The position numbers were made by a program, and so were the translations under genes. Source: Catajapyx aquilonaris (Eukaryota). From it: a stretch of DNA of 20,000 bases. The stretch spans positions 182,907 through 202,906 of the forward strand of contig KZ538140.1 in the NCBI GenBank assembly GCA_000934665.2. Reading direction: 5' to 3'. Under the pieces are notes generated by a model that worked only from the letters and a program-made list of their open reading frames with translations, had not been told where the DNA came from and searched no databases. Below, piece by piece: positions 1 to 11,150 of the stretch; position 1 is the first letter of the stretch, and every line of letters begins with the position of its first letter.

Positions 1-2594
1 GAGATTCGCCTTTATACAGTCAGGCCCAAATTTAATTTACCCAAAGAATTTTCATAAGGATAGTGAATGAAGAGGTGTATTTTTATGGTAGTGACGCTGG
101 GATGATGCAGGTATGGGCTATTCGTAGAGGAGTAGTCATGCATATGTAATAGATCATGAGCATAATTTATTGAGGTGTATAATGTACTGCTGCCGAGTCA
201 TGGTACTTACATTTTAGATATACCGATTGTATGAATAAGTACTACATATTGCACTCCTTGTTACGAAACAACCCCTGCTGAATGCACTTGGCATCACTGG
301 CCCATTCATGTAAATTCATGTATGGACAGACTCGTGCGTTGGAGGAGTACACCACTGGATACACGGCCTTTGTAACAATCTATTCCCGTGCAGAGAGGGG
401 GGGCATCTCCCCCCAGCTCACATCTGTGGCATATCTTAAAAGTTGGTCTGGGAAACCCTTGAGGGAGAAGTCACGGAGCCAGATGACGCCTGATAACTGG
501 CGGTTTTTTGGGATCGTCCCCCCCTCCTTTTGCTCTTGTGAAGGGTATCTCCTTGGCCAAAATCAAAGCCGATGTGGTCTCTCCCCAGGTCTTCCTCCGG
601 CCAGGCGTGATGAGCACGGGCACGGCCAGATAAAGGCAGGCGTGACATGCCCCTCTGCATTCGCACCGCCAGCAGGCGCCATCTTCCCCTTTCCCCAGTA
701 ACCTCAACTTTTTTTTTTCCATCCTCCGATGGCCACCACGGTAAAGGAGAGCACTCTCGATGCACACCCCCCTCCAGGGTTAGAGGGGGAGGTAATCTAA
801 TCGAGTCGGGGGTTATTGGGTGCACGGATTTCAAATTTCCATATACCAGAGAGCGGCCTCCCCCCCGATCCAAACCACCACCTATAATCAAGGCAATGGT
901 TTCGGGCTGTCCATATGAACCTGAAAATAGCGTTCTTCAATATGAGAGGCCTGCGCATCCGGTTTCCCCCAGTACAAATATAAATAAGAATGAAATATTG
1001 GACCCCCGTTGCAGGCAGGGAATCCACTTAGGTGCAATCCATATAGGACAGCACCGCGCAGTGTGCATTACCCGCAGCAAATTCCGGATTTTCCTATTCC
1101 AGCGCAACCACGGGCTATTTCGTCCAACTCGGTGGGTCGCTGTAATTGGGGACGGAGGGTAGCCCAAAATGGCTAGATTTTTTGGGGGACGAAAAGTACT
1201 TCCTTGGAGAGCTGTACATGAAGCCAACGATGTCGTGAAATCGTATGGGCATGTGTATGACACATGAGGTATATCACCTTTTACTAAAGTGAAAGGCAGA
1301 ACCAGTTAGAGTATTCGTCAGATGCAGCATGTAACGGAGCCTCTCTCGCAAGGTCAAGTAACGTTATGGATTGTGACGTATGTGGCACTGGTTTTGGAGC
1401 ACTGTGTGCTGCCTCGGTTTTTTTATTTTTGTTTTTTTTTAAAGGGCAGGCGCCAGTTGGGCACCAGTGTACCGGACTAACATGGGACCGTAAAGTGCAC
1501 GGAGGAAAATAACAATCCACGCCCTGTGGACACGAATTACTGTCCTCTGGTGGGGCCAAGGTCCTACGCGCTGTTTTAAGTTAGGACCAACCCCCTGGTT
1601 GGGGGTGTGCAATTTTCAGTAGAAAGGCGGCCAAGTCACGTAATAACAAGGGGAGTGATATACGGGCGTATAAGTCCACTTCGCACGACCTGCACAGTAG
1701 TTTGGGCTTAGCCAACTGGTAGCTTTTGTCCATTTGCAAGCACACGTAAATCTGCAGGGTGGAAAGCCTGTACTTGCTGTGAAGGGCAATTTTCACGCCC
1801 GTTGTTACGTGCACGGTGCAAAAAAAATAGCCAGAATTAATATAATCATTTGCGTGCAGTTGACATGTTTTTCTCCCAATTTGCAAACAGGTTTTGTAGC
1901 CAAATATTTCGCGATTGCAACTATCAAGGAGTATAAAGGACCACAAAATAAAGGGTTGTGGCAACGACCGATCAATAGAATCGGATCACTGCATCCTATT
2001 GAGCCCTCTGAAATGTGGGACAACTCTATGTATAGTCCGCAGCTTCCCGTGCCACTTGTGTCTAAATCTGGCTTCCAACAACAATCGATCCCATCTTTGT
2101 TTTGGAGAAAAAAAAAATTGACCTGATGAACTTTTAGTGAAAGGGCATGTATGCAGCAGGTGACGGTCAATAAATCCATACGTGACACGCATCAAATGCT
2201 GGCAAAGTCACGCTTCTCCGCATAGAGAAGAATACCATTTAGGGTGGGTGTTCTATAAGCCTCGCCTAGTTTCCTCTCTCAGGTCTAGCATGAAATTCAA
2301 AGCAAGACTTTGCCTCCACTTCTTTTGTGTCAACTTGGCGAGGACTGGAAGGAGGATAAGCGATGGATTCCGTGGGCCTTTTCAGCCTAATGAGAAGCGT
2401 ATGCGGGCGTGTAAGCCCTATTCAAGCCCTTTTGTCTCGGATTCGTTCCTCATTGGGCCCCTACTCTGGAGGCGGAGGATGGAGGCGAGGGGTGGGTGGG
2501 GGGAAGGAATATTAATTATTGGGGAGGGTGGTGGTGTGGCCAAGTTGGGATTAACTGTAGTTCCATGGTACTAATTCAAAGGGTTTTTTTTCAG

Positions 2595-2655
2595 GTGGTT
2601 AAGTGTTGCATTGAGAAAAGTAGGCATGAAACATGCAGACGTAGCCTCGACTTAC
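2595..2655 (+). other. Candidate short internal exon (unknown product)
   Basis: Branch-point-like TACTAAT (2569-2575), T8 tract and CAG (2592-2594) upstream; GTATGT donor at 2656. Two frames are open (WLSVALRKVGMKHADVASTY or VVKCCIEKSRHETCRRSLDL). No homology recognised. Confidence 0.25.
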
Positions 2656-5600
2656 GTATGTATATACGGACTTTAAAAATCCGACTTGCGTATGAAAATG
2701 TGGTTTCATCTGCATGTCAATTTTACAAATTTTTTCTAAAAAAATGTCATTACACTAGATTGCACTGCCTTTTGGCCAACTCACCTCCAACCCAAGCTCT
2801 CAATCCGCGTTCCCACCAGTCTCCCACAAAAAAAAGAGGAGCTGGTTATTTATTCACGACGTGATACTTTCCTAACCACATCTTCGCTCCAGAAAATAAC
2901 GTTACGTAACACTTGAACTGTCCCAGGAGACGACACCCTCTTGAGCCAACAGATCGAGGTTGGAACTTAGCATTCGAAGCAGACTCGACGATCAAAATTT
3001 GACAACTGCAGGGTAAACAGTGGGAAGCGAGTTTCCCGATGTAAATTCCCAAGGAAGCATTTTTTTTTTGGGACTGTCTTCTTCTCTCTTTGCCTTCTTT
3101 CTTTTCAATTATAAGAGTCTGGAAACTCCCGCACGAGCGGTGAGAAAAAGGAAACGAGGGTGTCGGCCGTAGAGGAAGGACCAAGAAAAGAAGACGGCCA
3201 AAAAGGAGAGGTGAGAAGAACGTGCCCCGAACAGACAATGAGGAACCGTAAGGAACGGGCCTAGTAGATTACACGCCGACGCCATTCCTTCTCCTTCAAG
3301 TTTAAAAAAAAAAAAGAACGAAGAAGAAGAAAAGCCCCCACGATCTGGCCCGAATTGCGTCGGAGGAGATCACATATTCCATGGGAAACCGTCTCCTTGC
3401 TGAAACGACGACGCCCCATGATTTATTGTCACGTGATAGAATTAACGAATCAGGGATGGCTTCTTCTCAATAACACCTCGGACAATGGGAGCTGATAAAG
3501 AACATTTTATGAGTCAGGAAACGTAATTTGTCGCGGCGACAGGTTGATGCATAGGGTGCTCGCTAATCCGACACGCGCTAATCCATTCGCCTGTAAAATC
3601 ATGGTAGGTATATAGGTAAAAAGAAAAGGTAGGGTGGGTGATATTATATATAAAAAGAGAGGAAGTTTCTTGAAGCGTTAAGGGTTTTTCAGCGTGACCG
3701 GTTAGATTTACTTGATGTTTTTTTTTCATTAATTTCTTGGAGTATTTGGTGAAATAACGCGATTCCGGGTCGCTTTGTGAATTATGGGTAATTGTGTTGA
3801 GGCGTCGACCTCTGGTCCCTCCAGTGACTCATGGGTCGTTTGGAGTCAAAGAGCGCTAAGTGGCGTTCCTTGTTATGAGATATTAAAGCGCGGTGGACAA
3901 TATTTCACACGACTGTACACCGGTCGTACCCCCCTCCAGCAATGTGTTTCCGGCAATTATGTTTTTTTTTCATGCCACTTAACGATTCTAAGCTGGCTTT
4001 TTAAAATTATAACTGTTTCAGGAAGCGTTTCTGAGCACGGTTGCAACAATTGACAGTAGGTGGGATTTACTATTAAATGACTGCATTAGTTATTATAGAA
4101 TTCCTGCTAACTGAATAGTGTCAACATATTGCTATTTGCTCTAAAATTAACATTGACGAAAGGATGGGCAGGCTTAGGACGACCATTGCGTCCACCTGCA
4201 GTTGGCAACAACAAAAAGGAATGTTCAGTAATCAGCAATATTTTCCCCGTCCGTAGAAGTAACAGCTTAATAAAAAAGCAGCTCAGTGCCAATTTTGATA
4301 ACTTAATAGCCCCCGATTCAGATGGACCGTGATGTCGACCCGCAATTTCTGTTTGGCAAAAGTCACGCGATAACACCCGGACCACCCTGCTTGGCTCCAT
4401 GGGCGTATGTTTTTCAGAGCAAAAACATGAACTTTTTTGGGGGGCCAATATAACCTCCAGAGAAATGATAAATGTCGCAGGTCTTCACCCCGCTCTACAG
4501 CATATATTTTCCCATCGTTCAAATTAAGCGCCATTATCACCTACCTTCCTATTTCCATCGCTCAAAATCGTGCAAAGGGGCGTAATGTCCGGTTGGCGAA
4601 AAAAAAAGACTGGTGGGGGGTGCAGGTCATCCTTCATCTGAAGGGTACTAGTAAATGGGAGAGAGAAGGGGTTAATCGTGAGCACCGCTTCTAAGCCCAG
4701 GCAGTTTGGAAAAAACCGTGCGTTAAAACCCTCTCTTGCCAACTTTGCATTCACGCGCCCTATTTTCTCTTCTCTTGGCACGAAATGACCCGTTTCAACG
4801 TGACCTCCCCCCATGGCCAAACCCTGCCTCTCTTTTTCGTGAAATTGAAAAATGGCGGCGATCCTCCGGTGCTGTTCGCAGCCCTGGCGATTTATTGTGA
4901 CCGACAACTAGCGCTCCCCTCGTTCCGCCAACCGGTTCGGGGGAGTAAATGATCACCCGGAGCCTGTACGCTACCCCCGGAGATAAATGAATGTCTTTTC
5001 CTTCACAACAACTAGCCTGCGAGTTTTTTTTCCCCGGGGTCTCATTGCATGACTAGGGGGCCTCCCGGTATTACCTGCCGCCATGTTTACGTGGGGGGGC
5101 CAACTTGTGTCTGCCAAATGTGAGTGGTGTTTGGGCGGGCCTTGTCTTGGGCAGGATTTGGGAATTTATTTTTTGCCATTTATTATTCATGGAAATGGTT
5201 GCAATATCAATCAACTACATTGTAGATAATATTGTACTGTACCTTCCCGTATGAATATCAGCTTAGTGTATAATACAGTTCATCTTAACAGTGTTAGGTA
5301 ATTGAATTGTGTAATGTGATCTACATAGTATCTTATACAAGGTGTACAGTACAGTTCCGTTGTGTTTATGGTAATGTGTACCGACGTCGATGCTCTCATG
5401 GACATTGTCTTCGGCCCGGATTGCGCCACAGTTACGCCATCGCCCCGTCGCGTCGGTCGAAATCAGACAGAACTCAGCCAACAATAAAAATGCTTTCGGC
5501 GCACACCAATAGTTTAATACTGCCAGAAAAGTTCACTTCCGTCTTATAAGTGCTGGGGAGGCAAAAAAAAGTTTGCGCAAACTGCCCTGCCCCCAAGTTT

Positions 5601-7923
5601 CCCCTAGAATTGCTTACCTTGTTATTATCCTATCGATATGGAAGCTCTAAAGGTGCACATTTCAAGTTTGAAAAAGCAAGCATTGGTTTCGGCCCATATT
5701 ATAGTAATCGGACAGCCTTGTGCAATCCCGCGCACCAATAGAGTTATTCTGCATGTACCTATAGTATCCTGTAGGTTATTATGGCTAGAGTGCTGATGTT
5801 ACATATATCTTATTAGGATACTAATTATGTCAGATTGAATTATGTTGGACAATGCCTTCTAAAAGTCAGGTACGACGGGTGGTACTGCAGACAGATTCTT
5901 AGACCCGTAGCTTCCGGACCTTATCTGATTCCGAGACCCCCCTTCGGAACATGCTTCCTTTTGATTTGCTCCCAGAAATTCAGGGGGGCGGAAAAGAAGA
6001 CGTTTCAACCCCCCCTCCCCCCTAGTGTTGAGGAAAGTCGAGAGTTTCTGCCTCCTTCTGCCTTGCCTTTTACACGAAACCCTGGATAATTAGGAACGAA
6101 CAAAAGAGATGGGGGAAGGCGGGGGATGGGGAGAAGGGGAGTGAATATCCACCGGCGATCGATCCTTTAGGCGCCGGGTAGAGAAGAGAAGGTATAACAC
6201 ACACCCCTAGCTAGAACCCCTGCCTTGGCTTTCCCCAAAGTCTTTCCTTTTCCTTTCCTTTTCAGTCAAAGGGGAAGTCACTCGAGTTTCCGGCAGTCTG
6301 AGCACGTTCCGAATTAACTCAGTAATGAACTACATCCCGGCTAAAATCTTTTTCTTACCTGGGTGTCTCTTCTTTAAGTGCATATCCGCCAGAGGGTGCG
6401 GTTAGCTAATAGATGCGTCACATTTTTTGGGGATGACCCCCATACTTTTTAAAAGAAGAAAAAAAAATTAGGTATGCCTGAAAGTGGTTTTTCGTGTCGT
6501 AAGTACGTGTCGTGAGGTGTTATCAACATTGTTGGGACCAATAGTGCAAACATAGTTGCAAACAAAAATATTTGGAGGGGGACCCACATAATGCATCCTC
6601 CCCTATTTTAATGTATTTCTGATTTGAGCATGCTTAATTAAAAGCCAATAAAGAGCGCAATTCAGCGTACTTGACCAGACAAAGCGCAATTTTATGCAGG
6701 GACGGGCCAGATTATTTCTGTATGTCCCTTTTAAAATTACTGCATTATATTTGCCAAATTTGGCCAGAATCATTATTGTGTACATCTAGCTTGAAGCGCA
6801 TAATTACACATCACAAAACATTGCAGCACTCCATATAGCAATAATAATATTTCAAACGTGCAATTTTCAATTTTAGTAATAACTGCTCCAGTACTTTTCG
6901 CATATTGAGATACGTACATCTAAAATTTCGGATTTTGAACTAATCATATCAGATTAATTCTCATGACCAGGGCCAAAGAATCAAGGGATGATCCTCGAAT
7001 TGGGAAAATCTCTCCTCTCGTTTCATTTTCCAGTAGGATTGGCGCACTTCCTAAAACTGGGCTTAAATAATTAAACAGCGGACGGGAAGGATCACAAATC
7101 CTTTTTTTTTCCAAGGCAAGAAGAGGGGGGCAAGGGTTTGGTACAAATCGCTACACCATCATCGTGAGAGCATTTTCTTGTCGTCTGAAGAATGACACGT
7201 GAGCTGGCCAGAGAAGAAAGGGATGAGTTAGGAGTTTCGCGAATTTTTTTTGCAACTTTTTTTTGGGAGCTAGAGGATTGGTATCAGACCCGGTCCTTTT
7301 GCAGGATTCTTAGGCCTTTCTGCACCGTCCGTGTGAGTCTGATACTTCCTAGAAAGGAGAGAGATATTGATTTTTGCTTGGCTTTGGTCTGGGGGGATGG
7401 AGGAGAAGGGGAGGACTTGCTATGCAGCCAAGACACATTTCAAGAGGGTGGGGGAAGGCGGTTTTGTAAAAAATGAGGAAGGTAGGGGGGTGACGCTTTC
7501 TGGAATTAAAAATTGAGAGGAGGTGATGTAAAAAAAAAGAGCTTTTTTCGACTCTCTTTTCTATCCTTCGGCTCATTTCGGAGGCTCTTTTTTTCCGTTT
7601 CTCACACCACTGCGCCTATTAAAAAGTACGGGGTTGCTCCGTTGGATGGCGAGATTAATCATTCGGTGATGAATGGTGATTTTTTTTTGGTGCGAACCCA
7701 AAAGCGAGTACTTTTTTAGGGGAGAAAATCGAATTTGCGAGTCACATGAGTGTACAAACTAATTTGGAAGCTTTTTGTGCCTATGTGGAAGCAACTTTTC
7801 ACTAATGCTAAGCGGTTTATCATGAAGTTGGCAGTATCCATATCTGAGAGTTCACGCAATTTGCATAGAAAATACGAAAATGTGGAAGCTAAATTAATTT
7901 TGTATATATATTCGTCCACTGAA

Positions 7924-8468
7924 TTAATTTCGTACAATGGATACAATACAATGAATTAATGTGACCAGAGCTGTAATAATTGGCAGTGGCAACTGACTGA
8001 TTAGTGCGTACTTATGAAACAATTTGTACAGTATCACCCTGTAGGCTCTGTGGTGAGCTTTGAAGTGTTTATCCCAAATGTGACAGTGTGTGTGTATTCT
8101 GCATCCGATAACTGCAGTGCTTTGCGGATAATTAAACTGGGAATACTTTTTTTCAACCTGCTCGTTCTCATTGTTTATATTTACTCACGCTGCACTAGAG
8201 TTGATTTATGAGGTATAAAGCGTGGTTCGGAATTACGGGCAGATATTGCCCTAGGAATAGGGATCAAATAATCATAAAAAATATTTTTATAAGCGGTGCT
8301 TGAAAAAACAGGGAAAGTGACAGGTACTGAAAACATTCGTTCCAAACAATCAAACAAAGTTTGAGGTTCACAGTCAGGAAGTGTAATTATTTTAGGCTTA
8401 TAATACCGCTGGTAATCAGATAAAATATGTGCAGCCGGTAAAGAATATGGATTAGCAATTGCGTGCAT
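7924..8468 (-). CDS. Hypothetical two-exon ORF (8468-8189, 8111-7924), 155 aa, hydrophobic C-terminus
   Basis: The 103-aa ORF 8492-8181 in AT-rich DNA ends at a GTGAGT donor (8188). Removing a 77-nt GT..CTGCAG intron (8188-8112) joins it to a second open frame ending in TAA at 7926-7924. No family recognised. Confidence 0.22.
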
Positions 8469-10202
8469 TACCTGTGAAAAATGAGGGTACACTGCTAATT
8501 TCTCTTAATTTAGCGATGTTGTAAGGCTAAGGCTTGTATGCAGGGTTGTGGGAAAGGTGCGCACTTCCTCTCTGATCCAAGTTCCTTGATGTAATTACCG
8601 TGTTCATTTTGTCGATTTCTAATCCATTACGGGGATAATGGAATATGAAGGTAACGCACGTACGTAATGGGGGTCATCCTGATGCTGATAAACTTATACG
8701 ACAATAACCCACACAACCTCCATTACTATAATTATTCTCGTATACATATATGTCATCTGATGCACAGGTTGATTCTCATTATATACAGTCCGTACAGTAT
8801 GTAATCTTAACATACCGTAAACTCTGTAATGTAGGGTATTTTCACCTTTATACAATAGCTCAAGAAACCTATTAGTCGTGAAAATAAATGTTCACATTAG
8901 GTTGTGTATATATGGTTAGCCATAGAAATTAGACTCATGTCAGTGGTGAATTGGGATAATTATTTTGTTTTGATATGTTTTGAGAATGTGCTATGCGCTA
9001 TTTTGTCAGTGCTTAGTAATTAGGCCGACATATACGCGTTTCGGATCTCGTATTACAGTGCCGCGTACAGTAAAAAATATAAATGTAGCCAGGAACTGTG
9101 ATATTAGGATATAAAAATGCTTGTCATAATTATATAGTTAGACAAAGCATCCGCGAGAGATTAAATTACAAACATGTTTTTATGATATTTTTCGTCTGTC
9201 TATAGATTTCAACCTGGTTGAAAGCGCAACGAACCACTGACTTGGAAATGGTGTCTACTACAATGCGTAAAAGGTACTGTAATTGAATTTTTATACTGTA
9301 GCCTATGTGGTGCTACTTTCCGCTGATGTGTTTGCGTGTTTCCTTGTATGATTAATCCGACCGTTAGACATAATACCATTACATGATGTACTCTACAGCA
9401 GTGCAAAGGTAATGTAGCACAATTACGTTATATATACAAGTATGAACTGCGATCTATTGTTTAATACAGCTGTATGGCAACTGCCAAGAAGTTTATTATG
9501 CTTATCAACTAACATGGCATGAAGAGCTGTGAATATATGCGCAATGTATTCTAGTAGATACCGATCCTATACATATTGAGTCCATATTTAACATCCGGAA
9601 GAAAGGAACGAATACAAATTTGTGCATAACTCGGCATATAACTAGTCACATAAAGACTAACTAGGAAAGTAGGCCTAAAATTTGAGCATGACTTACAATG
9701 TAAATATTGTTAAAGTTTAATGTTGCCAGTTATGCATATAGGCATTCACGATACATAATTCGGCCGCATAATGAGAGATTGCATCCTTAATTTGAGTTGA
9801 TACAATCAAACCCTCAGTATAGCTTCAAGGACGAATATTCTGTATACTCGTATGTGTCAAGACCCCGATCGACAAAAGGACCTCTGAATTCTGTCAGGCA
9901 AATCCTCGCCAGATAACAAAGCACCAAAAGCACGCACCCAAATGAGAGCACATTATATGCAACAACCTCACAGTATACCCACAGTATAAATTTCCACTGT
10001 CCAAAACCTGCAAATGTTTGTTCTGTTTTAATAATTTTCGGTATTTAAATTATTAACTGAGCATGCACCTGCCTAATACAGTAGATGGAGCATGTAAAAT
10101 GAAGTTGTTCATTACCCCGCAATTTTTGTGCCCATCTCTCAATTATCAGTAATTTACTTCCGTATTTTGTAGAACAAGGTTTTCATACCAGATCAGTATG
10201 GG

Positions 10203-10203
<1 letters not shown>

Positions 10204-10266
<63 letters not shown>

Positions 10267-10273
10267 GATTATT
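10204..10273. repeat. (TAT/ATT)n trinucleotide microsatellite
   Basis: 21 perfect TAT units at 10204-10266 followed by GATTATT; read directly. Confidence 0.98.
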
Positions 10274-10274
10274 A

Positions 10275-10505
10275 ACCAGCATAATTAAAGAAATCATAGC
10301 ACAGCAACCACCATCCGAAAATGACAATCCACACCCCATAACACCAACCCTGCAACCCGTAACCCATCTCCATTCACGTCGCATTACACCTCCAATTATT
10401 ATTACCCCCAACCCCCTGCTCATCGTCACATACGCTACAACAACTTTTGCCTCCCACCCTCCCATTATTGCCATTTTCCCCCCATCCCCATCCTCTCCCC
10501 CCCAC
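10275..10505. other. Strand-skewed C/A-rich low-complexity tract (G-rich on minus strand)
   Basis: Very few G on the + strand, many CCC/CCCC runs, and degenerate AACCC units at ~10346-10365. Confidence 0.8.
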
Positions 10506-11150
10506 TCGTCTATACTAAGGGCGGGGTTGAGTTCCGGTTTTTGGCATCCAGTTAGGGCCCGGTCCTCCAGATGGCCGTCGCGTCAGAGGGGAAAGTTTCG
10601 ACCCGAGGCGCATCCTGGTTGGTTTATGGATAGCGCAGGGGGAAGGAAGGGGAGAAAAAAAAAGAGGGGGAAGAGGGGGGGGAGTGGTGGGTGGGGAGCG
10701 TACCCCCGACGGCTCTCTCGCACCGATCCGCCGGCCTCAGTCGCGCGAGTGACGTCCGACAGGGAGCATCGGTCTCTCAGTACTCCGGTTTTTGGGACTA
10801 CACCGGTAGGGGGGGTACAGTGCAGTGACCTGTGACCTGTGAGAAGGTAAGCCCTCACTTTTCAAACTATTCCAGTGCCATTATAGTGTTTGGGGGGAAG
10901 GGGGATATTGTGTGGCCCAACTAAATTAAGTCGGGGGGTCTAAAGTATGCCAATCCGGACCCCAGTGGACAGAGGCGGAATTCGGGATCGCGTGTGCGGT
11001 GGCCCGTGCGACAATTTCGAATGGCTCTCCAGATTGCATTCCGACTGGGGTCCAACCTACCAAAAACCTTCAACATCCTCGATTTTTTTTAGGCTGATGC
11101 AATTTGGCCATGCTTCCTCATTAGGGACATGAGTGGGCGGGGCTTTAATC
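10505..11150 (+). promoter_or_regulatory. Candidate CpG/GC-rich promoter with possible non-coding first exon
   Basis: Local GC/CpG enrichment versus the AT-rich 8.6-10.2 kb block. GC boxes GGGCGGGG at 10519-10526 and 11135-11142, Inr-like TCAGTC at 10737-10742, TGACCT-G-TGACCT at 10826-10838, AAG|GTAAGC donor at 10846/10847, CCAAT at 10950-10954. Confidence 0.3.

Noticed and set aside
2117..2171. Hammerhead-like core CTGATGA-ACTTTTAGT-GAAA with a possible stem I (ATTGAC/GTCAAT)
   Set aside because: No stem III partner or NUH cleavage triplet can be placed in either type I or type III topology.
282..2195. Dense overlapping ORFs on both strands, including FVLGETGCAG (P-loop-like) and RPINRIGSLHPIE (BEL/Pao C-terminus-like)
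   Set aside because: ORFs occur equally on both strands. The P-loop lacks GK[ST], the BEL-like match lacks the preceding GxDG motif, and no consistent family emerges.
6431..8679. 13-bp inverted match GGATGACCCCCAT / ATGGGGGTCATCC as possible TIRs
   Set aside because: No TSD, and a few 13-mer inverted matches are expected by chance in 20 kb.
10193..10474. 93-aa ORF ending in poly-Asn
   Set aside because: Artifact of the stop-poor skewed tract and the (AAT)n microsatellite.
10533..10795. 12-bp direct repeat TCCGGTTTTTGG (10533-10544, 10784-10795)
   Set aside because: Only two copies and includes a T-run. Not distinguishable from chance, and not a CRISPR or LTR pattern.
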